A DNA stretch of 30,100 nt from a virus (taxonomy: Duplodnaviria; Caudoviricetes): positions 1-30,100 of IMG/VR virus record IMGVR_UViG_3300011439_000039; one strand, given 5' to 3'. Below, in pieces: positions 8,159-15,578 of this stretch (positions are counted from its first letter, which is position 1; each line of letters starts with the position of its first letter). Position numbers and translations under genes: made by a program. The notes below the pieces were generated by a model, which saw only the letters and a program-made list of their open reading frames with translations, was not told the origin of the DNA and made no database searches.

Positions 8159-9504
8159 CCGAGCTCCTGTCGGGCGAGCGTCAGGTCGCGGAGGCGCTGG
8201 ATGGTATCCGCGCGGACCATCGCGCGCGCTACGAGTGGGCAGCTGCGCGGCTTGCTGGGCAGGACGTCGTCGATGCGGGCTGTGGCGTCGGCTATGGATC
8301 GAAGATCCTGGCGGGCGCGGGCTGCAATGTGCGCGCGTTCGACCGATCGGCTCCGACCATCGAGTTCGCGCGCCAGCACTACAACCACGACGAGCGAATC
8401 AGTTACGACGTTGGTGAGCTGGAGCACGTCCGATTTCCGCACGGCTACGGCGCGGTGGTGTGCTTCGAGGCGCTCGAGCACATCGAGCAGCCCGACGTCG
8501 CGCTCCGGCACTTTGCCGGCATGGCGCCTCGTCTTCTGGTGAGCGTGCCAAACGAGGCCGCATTCCCATATCGCGGCCAGACATTTCACCACCGCCACTA
8601 CACTGCCACGCAACTCGAGGCACTGCTGAATCGCAACGGCTGGGAAGTCCGCGAGTGGTGGGGTCAGGAAGGATCGGAGTCGCCAGTGGCGGAACGTGTG
8701 AACGGGCGGACGCTCATCGCCGTCTGCGAACACGTGGACGTAGCGCATGGCGGGACGGCTGAGAAGCTGCCACCGCCGATCAAGGCACCCCCGCAGTCGG
8801 TCGCGATCGTGGCGATGGGCGCGTCAAGCCGGAGTTACCTGACCCTGTCCGCGCAAGTAGGGAACCGCCGGCGGCTCGTGGATGAGGTCTGGGCGATCAA
8901 TGCGATGGCCGGGACGATCCAGCACGATCGGGTCTTCCACATGGACGACATGCGGCTGCAGGAACTGCGCGCCGAGGCGAAGCCCACGAGCAACGTGGCC
9001 GGCATGTGTACGTGGCTCCGGGAGCACCGCGGCCCGATTTACACGTCGCGGGCCTATCCGGAGTTCCCCGGCGCCGTGGAGTACCCGCTCGAGCAGGTCA
9101 TGACCGCGACCGGGCACGGCTACTTCAACTCCACCATCGCCTACGCGGTCGCCTATGCGATTGCGATCGGCGTCCGGTCGATCCACCTGTACGGCTGCGA
9201 CTACTCCTACCCGGACCAGCACAAGCGGGAAAAGGGACGCGCCTGTCTGGAGTTCTGGGTCGGTCTCGCGTCCGCGCGCGGCATCCCGATCACCGTGGCG
9301 TCCGATTCCACGCTCCTCGACGCCTGCGTGCCGGAGGAGGAAAAGTTCTACGGCTACGATGCGTACACGCTCGCGGTAACACTGGACGACAAGGGCTTCC
9401 ACGTCGCCAAGACCGACAAGGCGCTGCCGTCCGCTGAGGAGATCGAACGTCGGTACTCACACGACCCAACGAAAGAGGAGACAGCACCATGCGCGTCAAA
9501 ATGA
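8155..9504 (+). CDS. Class I SAM-dependent methyltransferase fused to a Maf/GT29-like Rossmann domain
   Basis: N-half: H.ARYEWA, VVDAGCGVGYGS, VCFEALEHI, LVSVPN. C-half: VAIVAMG.S, VWAIN, FHMDD, YFNSTIAYAVAYA..IG...IHLYGCDY. Confidence 0.75.
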   Translation: MTELLSGERQVAEALDGIRADHRARYEWAAARLAGQDVVDAGCGVGYGSKILAGAGCNVRAFDRSAPTIEFARQHYNHDERISYDVGELEHVRFPHGYGAVVCFEALEHIEQPDVALRHFAGMAPRLLVSVPNEAAFPYRGQTFHHRHYTATQLEALLNRNGWEVREWWGQEGSESPVAERVNGRTLIAVCEHVDVAHGGTAEKLPPPIKAPPQSVAIVAMGASSRSYLTLSAQVGNRRRLVDEVWAINAMAGTIQHDRVFHMDDMRLQELRAEAKPTSNVAGMCTWLREHRGPIYTSRAYPEFPGAVEYPLEQVMTATGHGYFNSTIAYAVAYAIAIGVRSIHLYGCDYSYPDQHKREKGRACLEFWVGLASARGIPITVASDSTLLDACVPEEEKFYGYDAYTLAVTLDDKGFHVAKTDKALPSAEEIERRYSHDPTKEETAPCASK

Positions 9505-9749
9505 AGACCACAAGCAGCGGCCCAAAGGGCGGCCGCGAGGCAGGCGTGGAGTACGACATCGAAGACGCCGAAGCGAAGGACCTGGTGGATGGTGGGTACG
9601 CCGAGGAAGTAAAGGCGGCCGAGCCAGCAGCCGCGGCGGAAGAGGTCGGAGAGGGCGCAAGCGCCAAAGAGGTCGAGGTTGCGACCAAGCCAGAGCCGGA
9701 GAACGCCGCGACACGGACGAAGCCGCCCAAGAAGCGGCGGAAGGGGTAA
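9489..9749 (+). CDS. Small head-associated hypothetical protein (86 aa)
   Basis: GAGGAG RBS; G..Y.I....A..LV..GYAE motif then low-complexity acidic/basic tail, typical of the gene before the head-tail connector. Confidence 0.7.
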   Translation: MRVKMKTTSSGPKGGREAGVEYDIEDAEAKDLVDGGYAEEVKAAEPAAAAEEVGEGASAKEVEVATKPEPENAATRTKPPKKRRKG

Positions 9750-9773
9750 TCCGCGCGCGTGCTCTGCCTTGAC

Positions 9774-10352
9774 ATGGACCTGACGCTCGTCACTGCGCCG
9801 GCCGCGGAGCCGATCACCACCGCGGACGCGAAGACACATCTGCGGGTCGATACCACCGACGATGACATCTACATCGACTCGCTAGTCAAAACGTCACGTC
9901 GGTGGATCGAGAACACGTATGGTCTGGCCCTGGTCACGCAGACATGGGACGGTTCGTTCGACGCGTTCCCTTGGGACGGCGGCGCGATCCTGATCCCGAA
10001 GCGACCGCTCGTGAGCGTCACGTCCGTCACGTACTACGACGATGATCTGAGCACGTCCACGGTGTTCTCGAGCACAAAGTACCAGGTGGACGCCGCGAAG
10101 CGTCCGCCGCGAATCGTGCTCAAGAGCGGCGAGTCATGGCCGTCCGACTCGCTCCGGTTGTCGAGCGGCGTCGTGGTGCGGTTCGTGGCGGGGTTCGGTG
10201 CTGCGACGACGGTACCGGACGACATCGAGCACGCCATCAAGCTGTTGGTGGGCCAGCTCTACGCGCACCGGGAGCCGGAAATCACGGGGACGATCATCGC
10301 CAAGCTCGGCTTCACGATCGACGCTCTGCTTGCTGACCACCGGCTGAGGTAA
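9774..10352 (+). CDS. Head-tail connector (HK97 gp6 / phiE125 gp8-like)
   Basis: LVTAPAAEPIT..DAK.HLRVD..DDD.YI, ALVTQTW, VRFVAGFG, VP.DI.HAI.LLVG.LY.HRE. Start 9774 ATG or 9759 GTG. Confidence 0.9.
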   Translation: MDLTLVTAPAAEPITTADAKTHLRVDTTDDDIYIDSLVKTSRRWIENTYGLALVTQTWDGSFDAFPWDGGAILIPKRPLVSVTSVTYYDDDLSTSTVFSSTKYQVDAAKRPPRIVLKSGESWPSDSLRLSSGVVVRFVAGFGAATTVPDDIEHAIKLLVGQLYAHREPEITGTIIAKLGFTIDALLADHRLR

Positions 10353-10354
10353 CC

Positions 10355-10564
10355 ATGACGACATCCAGAAGGCCCGTTATCCGTGTAAAGGCTGACCAAA
10401 AGCTGTACGCCGTGGACGGCGCCACGGGCTGGGAGCTCGTGCGAGACGGATTCGCCGAATGGGAATACGTGCCGGAGTCCAAGCTCGATGGGCTGCCCGA
10501 ACTGGAGTCGGCATCAGCTCGCGCGGCCTTCAAGCGATCGACACGCAAGCCGCGGGGGAAGTGA
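10355..10564 (+). CDS. Hypothetical protein (69 aa)
   Basis: GAGG RBS; fills the connector-closure gap exactly. Confidence 0.6.
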   Translation: MTTSRRPVIRVKADQKLYAVDGATGWELVRDGFAEWEYVPESKLDGLPELESASARAAFKRSTRKPRGK

Positions 10565-10885
10565 GTGGCGCTCGCTGCGGGCACGCTGAACCGCAGGATC
10601 ATCCTGCAGACCGTCACGCTGGCGGCTGATGGCTATGGAGGTTCGACGGAAACATGGGCAGACACCGCGACGGTGTGGGCGCGGGTGGAGGCGCTGGCAG
10701 GTGATGAGGCGTTCCAGGCGATGCAGATGGCGGCAAGCGTGAGCCACCGGATCACGATTCGCAAGCGGACGGTGACGGCGCAGCAGCGGGTGAGATACGG
10801 CACGAAGACGCTGGTGATCCGGGCGGTGCGGCCGGACGAGCGGGACGAGATGACGGAACTTCTGTGTGACGAGGAGAACATCTGA
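10565..10885 (+). CDS. Head closure / head-tail adaptor (SPP1 gp16-like)
   Basis: AG.LNRRI.LQ, D.YGG..ETW...ATVWA.VE, HRITIR, L.C.E motifs. Confidence 0.9.
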   Translation: MALAAGTLNRRIILQTVTLAADGYGGSTETWADTATVWARVEALAGDEAFQAMQMAASVSHRITIRKRTVTAQQRVRYGTKTLVIRAVRPDERDEMTELLCDEENI

Positions 10886-11295
10886 TGGCTGGTGCAGGCC
10901 AGCGCGCGATGCGCGCGCGGAAGTCGAAGACCTACGTCGAACTGGAAGGTCAGGAGGAGTTCCGTCGCGCCTTGGCGGGGCTGCGCCTCGGTGTGCTTCG
11001 CGAACTGAAGGCGCGGGTGCAGGAGAGCGCGGAAGTGATCGAGGCAGGCGCCAAGGCGCGTGTGCCTGTGGACGAAGGGACGACGCATGACTCCATTAAG
11101 ATCATTTACCGCGACGGTGGACTGGCGGCATCGATCGGCTCGGGGTATTTCGTGGCCCGGTTCGTCGAGCAGGGCGTCAATGGTCGGCCCGCCAAGCCTT
11201 TCCTCAACCCAGCCTTTCAGCAAGAGCGGGCGAAGTATCTCAAGGGCGTCGAGGACGCTGTGAGTACGGCGGGCCGTGAGGCGTCGCAGGCATGA
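10885..11295 (+). CDS. HK97 gp10-family neck/tail component
   Basis: AKARVPVD.G...DSI, Y.ARFVEQG, PAKPFLNPA motifs. Confidence 0.88.
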   Translation: MAGAGQRAMRARKSKTYVELEGQEEFRRALAGLRLGVLRELKARVQESAEVIEAGAKARVPVDEGTTHDSIKIIYRDGGLAASIGSGYFVARFVEQGVNGRPAKPFLNPAFQQERAKYLKGVEDAVSTAGREASQA

Positions 11296-11696
11296 GCGGA
11301 TCGCCGTCCCTGCCACTCCAAGGCGCCATCATGACGCGCCTGAGCACCGATGCGACGTTAACCACGACGCTCGGCGCGGCGGTCTACGATCGTGTGCCCG
11401 ATAGTGCGGCGTTCCCCTATGTCGTGATCGGGGACGACACCGAAGCGCCGAACGACACGATGAGTGTGACGGGTCGCGACTTGACCGTCACGATCCATTC
11501 GTGGAGTCAGTATCCGGGAAAGAAGCAAGTCAAGGAAATCGCCAGCCGGATTGATGTGCTGTTGGACCGATGGAAGCCGACAGTCACGGGCTGGAACACC
11601 GTGCACATGCTGCACGAGTTCTTCGAGTCGTTCACGGACCCGGATGGCGTCACGCGTCACGGCGTCTCCCGATACCGAGTGCACACATACCAGTGA
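11292..11696 (+). CDS. Tail terminator (DUF3168-like)
   Basis: LQ.AI..RL..D, VYDRVP....FPYVVIG, TIHSWS..PGKK, DPDG.TRHGV motifs. Confidence 0.88.
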   Translation: MSGSPSLPLQGAIMTRLSTDATLTTTLGAAVYDRVPDSAAFPYVVIGDDTEAPNDTMSVTGRDLTVTIHSWSQYPGKKQVKEIASRIDVLLDRWKPTVTGWNTVHMLHEFFESFTDPDGVTRHGVSRYRVHTYQ

Positions 11697-11703
11697 GTCG
11701 CGA

Positions 11704-12429
11704 ATGACATCCCTCGTTCTGACTGACGCGAAGCTGTTTATCGCCGGCAACAATTTGACCGGGCAGATGAACGCGCTTGCGCTCGACTACAGCGCCGACA
11801 TGCTGGACGAGACGACCTTCGGCGCAACGACGCGTATCAACAAGGGCGGGCTCAAGTCGGTGGTGGGGAACCACCAAGGACTGTGGGATTCCGCGAGCGC
11901 CACCGCACCGGACCCAGTGCTCTTCGCGCGCATCGGGACGGCGGACGTGCCGGTCGTCATCGCGCCCGAAGGCGGGGACGCAGGCGATCGGGCCTACCTG
12001 TTCCGCGCGATCCACAGCGAGTACAACCCCGGCGGCGCGGTTGGTGAGTTGATGGGCTTCTCCGTCTCGATGGAAGGCTCGGGCGGTCAACCATTGATCC
12101 AGGGCAGGCTACTGCACAACGGCTCGGCCACAGGGAATGTCACGGGAACCGCGTTCCAGCTCGGCGCCCTCACGGCCACGCAATTCCTCTATGCCGCGCT
12201 GCATGTCTTCAGCGGCACCGGCTCGTTCATCGTGAAGGTGCAGAGCAGTTCAGACGAAGCGTTCACATCCCCGAATGACCGGATCACGTTCGCGACCGTA
12301 GCAACAGGAACCGCCGTTGCGAGCGAGTGGGCGACCCGCGTCGCTGGGGCGATCACCGATACGTGGTGGAGAATCACAGCCACCAACCCGAACACGCGCA
12401 ACTTCGCCGTGGCGGTAGGGATACAGTAG
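11704..12429 (+). CDS. Tail tube-like protein 1 with extra C-terminal beta domain
   Basis: N-terminal ~130 aa align by eye with 12455-12868 (LDYSADMLDETTFGATTRINKGGLK vs LNYSAEMVDESAMGDTTRKNKGGLK; YNPGGAVGEL vs YQPVGGAVGDL). Confidence 0.7.
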   Translation: MTSLVLTDAKLFIAGNNLTGQMNALALDYSADMLDETTFGATTRINKGGLKSVVGNHQGLWDSASATAPDPVLFARIGTADVPVVIAPEGGDAGDRAYLFRAIHSEYNPGGAVGELMGFSVSMEGSGGQPLIQGRLLHNGSATGNVTGTAFQLGALTATQFLYAALHVFSGTGSFIVKVQSSSDEAFTSPNDRITFATVATGTAVASEWATRVAGAITDTWWRITATNPNTRNFAVAVGIQ

Positions 12430-12454
12430 TCCAACAACACACGGGAGAATCATC

Positions 12455-12868
12455 ATGGCGAGCGTGGTATTGATCGATGCGTTCGTGAGCATCAACGCAA
12501 AAGACCTGTCCGATTTCGTGAAGTCGGCGACACTCAACTACAGCGCCGAGATGGTGGACGAGTCCGCGATGGGCGACACGACTCGCAAGAACAAGGGCGG
12601 GCTCAAGAACTGGTCGCTCGACGTGGAGTTCAAGCAGGACTACGGCGCCACGCCGGCGCCGGACATCGACCTGTTCAGCCTCGTGGGCACCACGTTCACG
12701 GTGATCGTCCGTCCGGTCGCCGCCACCGTCGTCGGGCCGACGAACCCGAACTACACCGGGACGGGGATTCTCGAGTCCTACCAGCCGGTCGGCGGCGCGG
12801 TCGGTGATTTGGCGCTGGCGCCGATCACGATCCAGAGTGCCGGGACACTGTCGCGCGCGACGGCCTGA
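12455..12868 (+). CDS. Major tail tube protein
   Basis: GGGAG RBS; 137 aa, GLK.WSL..EF.QD and NP.YTG motifs; precedes the chaperone and tape measure genes. Confidence 0.82.
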   Translation: MASVVLIDAFVSINAKDLSDFVKSATLNYSAEMVDESAMGDTTRKNKGGLKNWSLDVEFKQDYGATPAPDIDLFSLVGTTFTVIVRPVAATVVGPTNPNYTGTGILESYQPVGGAVGDLALAPITIQSAGTLSRATA

Positions 12869-13293
12869 TGCCGATTTCCGCGCACGACTTCAAGGAAAAA
12901 GCGGCAGCACGTCGTCAGGCGAAGACCAAGGACGTCACGATCCCGGACATCGGGGTCGTGCGTCTGCGGTCGCTGTCCGCTGGGGACGCCATCGCGTTCC
13001 AGGGCGAGGTCAAGAAGGTGAAGGCCGCCGGCGGAAATGAGGACGAGCTGACCTTCTCTTTCATCGCCAGATCGTGGATCGCAGAAAGCGGCGAGTTGTT
13101 ATTCCCGGAGGAAGAGGGTATTGCGTTCGCCAAGACGCTCGACCCCGAGACGTTCAAGGCGATCGCCGAAGAGTGTTTGAAGCTCAACGGGCTGAGCGAG
13201 GAGGCGGTGAAAGACGCCGAGGGTTTTTCCGAGCCCAGCCTGAACGGCACTATGCCTTCCGACTCGCTCGCGAGCTCGGCTACGCGAATGTAG
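12868..13293 (+). CDS. Tail assembly chaperone (gpG-like)
   Basis: Between tail tube and tape measure; V.I...G.VRLRSLS motif; slippery site near the 3' end. Confidence 0.85.
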   Translation: MPISAHDFKEKAAARRQAKTKDVTIPDIGVVRLRSLSAGDAIAFQGEVKKVKAAGGNEDELTFSFIARSWIAESGELLFPEEEGIAFAKTLDPETFKAIAEECLKLNGLSEEAVKDAEGFSEPSLNGTMPSDSLASSATRM

Positions 13294-13436
13294 ACGTGAT
13301 GCTCGCGGAGATGGATGCGGGTCAGATCGCAGAGTGGCAGGCGTTCGACAAGCTCGAGGAGGAAGCGTATAAGCGGGCGGATCTCGCCGCCCGCGCCGAG
13401 TCTGGCGTTCGGAACCACAAACGTGGAGGGAGATAG
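13221..13436 (+). CDS. gpT-like segment reached by programmed -1 frameshift at G GGT TTT (13221-13227)
   Basis: In-frame X XXY YYZ heptamer; the -1 frame reads FFRAQPERHYAFRLARELGYANVDVMLAEMDAGQIAEWQAF...* and ends 1 nt before the tape measure start. Confidence 0.85.
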   Translation, partial: GFFRAQPERHYAFRLARELGYANVDVMLAEMDAGQIAEWQAFDKLEEEAYKRADLAARAESGVRNHKRGGR

Positions 13437-15578
13437 GTGGCGCTTGCGGCTCTGATCGTTCGCATCGGCGGGGATCTCACCGGGCTCAATAAGGCGTTGA
13501 GCCAGGCGGACAAGGACGTCCAGCGGGTCGGCAAGAAGATGACGGCGCTCGGGTCCAATCTCACGAAGGGGCTGACGGTGCCCATCGTTGCGGCTGGCGC
13601 GGCGATGGCTGCGGCGGCGATTCACGTTGGTGAGTACGCCGACAGGCTGCTCGACCTCGTGGACATGACGGGCCTCTCGACCTCCACGCTGCAGGAGTTC
13701 CGGCACGTGGCGCGAGTGGCTGGCGTCGAGACCGACACGTTGGCCGAGTCGGCGATCAAGCTCACCACCAAGCTGTCCTCTGGCGGCGAGCAGACCAAGG
13801 AACTGACGGGGGCGCTCACGAAGCTGGGGCTCAAGGCGACGGATGCCAACGGTCGGCTGGTGTCGATGGATACGCTGTTGCCGGAAATCATTGGCCGGTT
13901 GCAGGGGATGCGCGACGTGACGACCCGAAACGCGATCGCGGCAGACATCTTCGGGAAATCGTGGGCCGAGCTCGCGCCGATCTTGGGGTTGGGCGCCGGG
14001 GCAATGGACAAGGCGCGTCAGGAAGCGCAACGGCTCGGGTTGGTCATGTCGGCGGACGCGCTTGAGGCGGCGAACAACTTTCGCATCAAGCTCGACACGC
14101 TCAAGGCGTCGGCTGGCGCGCTCACGCGCGAGATCGGTATGGCCGTGTTGCCGATCATGCAGAGCCTCGTGACACTGGTGCAGGAGAACGTGGTGCCCGC
14201 GGTGCGCGCGATCGTGCAGTGGTTCGATAACCTGTCGCCATCAACGCAGACGGCGATCGGCGTGGTGGCTGGGCTGGTGGCGGCGTTCGGCCCCCTGCTC
14301 GTTGTCGTGGGATCCATCCTCAAGTTCTGGCCGCTGCTCACGGTGGCGTTCACAGCCATCACAGGACCGATCGGGCTCGCGGTGCTGGCCATCGGGGCGC
14401 TCACGGCCGCTGGGTTCCAGATGGTCAAGCATTGGGACGCTGTGAAACTGCAGTTCACGCTGGCGTGGACTGCTATGAAAGAGGCGGTCTTCTTCGCGGT
14501 GGACAAGATCCTGGCGGCCGTGGCCGGCATGGCGATGGCGTTCAAGATGACGGGGCTGGCGGGGGAGATCCTGAAGCTCAGTGCAGAGCTGAGACTATTG
14601 GCCGATGAGTCGTTGGCTAAAGCGGGCAGCAAAATCTCCGCGCTCGAAACCAAGATGATCGGCGTTGCGACGGCGGTCAGTAAAGCGACCAACGCTATCG
14701 TGCAGATGGGGGATGCACTCGACAATCTCCCGGCGCCTGGGCCGTCCGGCGATTTCGGCTGGGGCACCATGACCGGCGGCATGTTCGGCTCGATAGGCCG
14801 GGAGGAGAAGGAGAAGAGCTCCGGATTCGGATTCAAGCCTGGCGACAGCATGGGCACGAAGATCAGCCAGACGATCCAGGCGGGCGGCGGTGGCGGGCAG
14901 ACCGCGCAGATGGTGCAGGCGTTCGCGGCGTTCGGCCCGCTCGCGGCCATCTTGCCGGTCATCAATGGCGCGCTCGAGGCGCTGGAGCCTGTTGTCACCG
15001 CGCTGATCGCCCCGCTGGTCGAGATCGGGAAAGTCATCGGGGACTCGGTCGCGCCAGTTCTGAAGATGCTCGTCCCGGTGCTGCAGCTGGTGGCGGATCT
15101 GTTCCTTCGGCAGCTCGCGCCCGTCCTCAAAGGCATCACCATCGTCCTCAGCTTCGTGATGGAGGGGTTCGGCTGGCTGATCTGGGGGATTGGCAAGCTC
15201 GTGGACTCGCTGCCGGGCATCAGCGCCAAGGGCATGATAAAGACGGGGGAGGCGATGACGGAAGCCGCGCGTGCGGCTCGGAGAAACGCGACGGCGACCG
15301 ACCAAGCAACCGATGCCGTCAACTCGTTTTCCAGTGCGTTGTCGAACATCCCGCGGGTGCTGAACATCAACGCGCTCCGGCACATGGTGACGGGTGGCTC
15401 TGGCGCGGTGGCGCCGAACCCAGGTTCGCTCGCCGGCAACGGGCTGACCCGCACCGACATCTACATCACGGTACCTGGGGCTGGTGACCCTACCGCAGTG
15501 GCGGAAGCGGTTGGTCGTGTGGTGCAGCGCGTCACGTCTCGCGGTGGCACATCCACCCTGAGGGTAGCGGTCACGTAG
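13437..15578 (+). CDS. Tape measure protein (713 aa)
   Basis: GGAGG RBS; L.VRIGGD, G..LTKGLTVPI, IFGKS..EL.P motifs, Ala-rich amphipathic repeats, hydrophobic ITGPIGL segment. Confidence 0.93.
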   Translation: MALAALIVRIGGDLTGLNKALSQADKDVQRVGKKMTALGSNLTKGLTVPIVAAGAAMAAAAIHVGEYADRLLDLVDMTGLSTSTLQEFRHVARVAGVETDTLAESAIKLTTKLSSGGEQTKELTGALTKLGLKATDANGRLVSMDTLLPEIIGRLQGMRDVTTRNAIAADIFGKSWAELAPILGLGAGAMDKARQEAQRLGLVMSADALEAANNFRIKLDTLKASAGALTREIGMAVLPIMQSLVTLVQENVVPAVRAIVQWFDNLSPSTQTAIGVVAGLVAAFGPLLVVVGSILKFWPLLTVAFTAITGPIGLAVLAIGALTAAGFQMVKHWDAVKLQFTLAWTAMKEAVFFAVDKILAAVAGMAMAFKMTGLAGEILKLSAELRLLADESLAKAGSKISALETKMIGVATAVSKATNAIVQMGDALDNLPAPGPSGDFGWGTMTGGMFGSIGREEKEKSSGFGFKPGDSMGTKISQTIQAGGGGGQTAQMVQAFAAFGPLAAILPVINGALEALEPVVTALIAPLVEIGKVIGDSVAPVLKMLVPVLQLVADLFLRQLAPVLKGITIVLSFVMEGFGWLIWGIGKLVDSLPGISAKGMIKTGEAMTEAARAARRNATATDQATDAVNSFSSALSNIPRVLNINALRHMVTGGSGAVAPNPGSLAGNGLTRTDIYITVPGAGDPTAVAEAVGRVVQRVTSRGGTSTLRVAVT

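Noticed and set aside
8155-8760. DNA methyltransferase / restriction-modification gene
   Set aside because: Lacks DNA-MTase catalytic motifs; FEALEH pattern and location fit a small-molecule or glycan methyltransferase.
12915-15460. Long antisense ORFs (371 and 480 aa) and similar ones elsewhere (5418-6392, 24807-25949, 26939-28033)
   Set aside because: Shadow frames of well-supported + strand genes in GC-rich DNA; no motifs.
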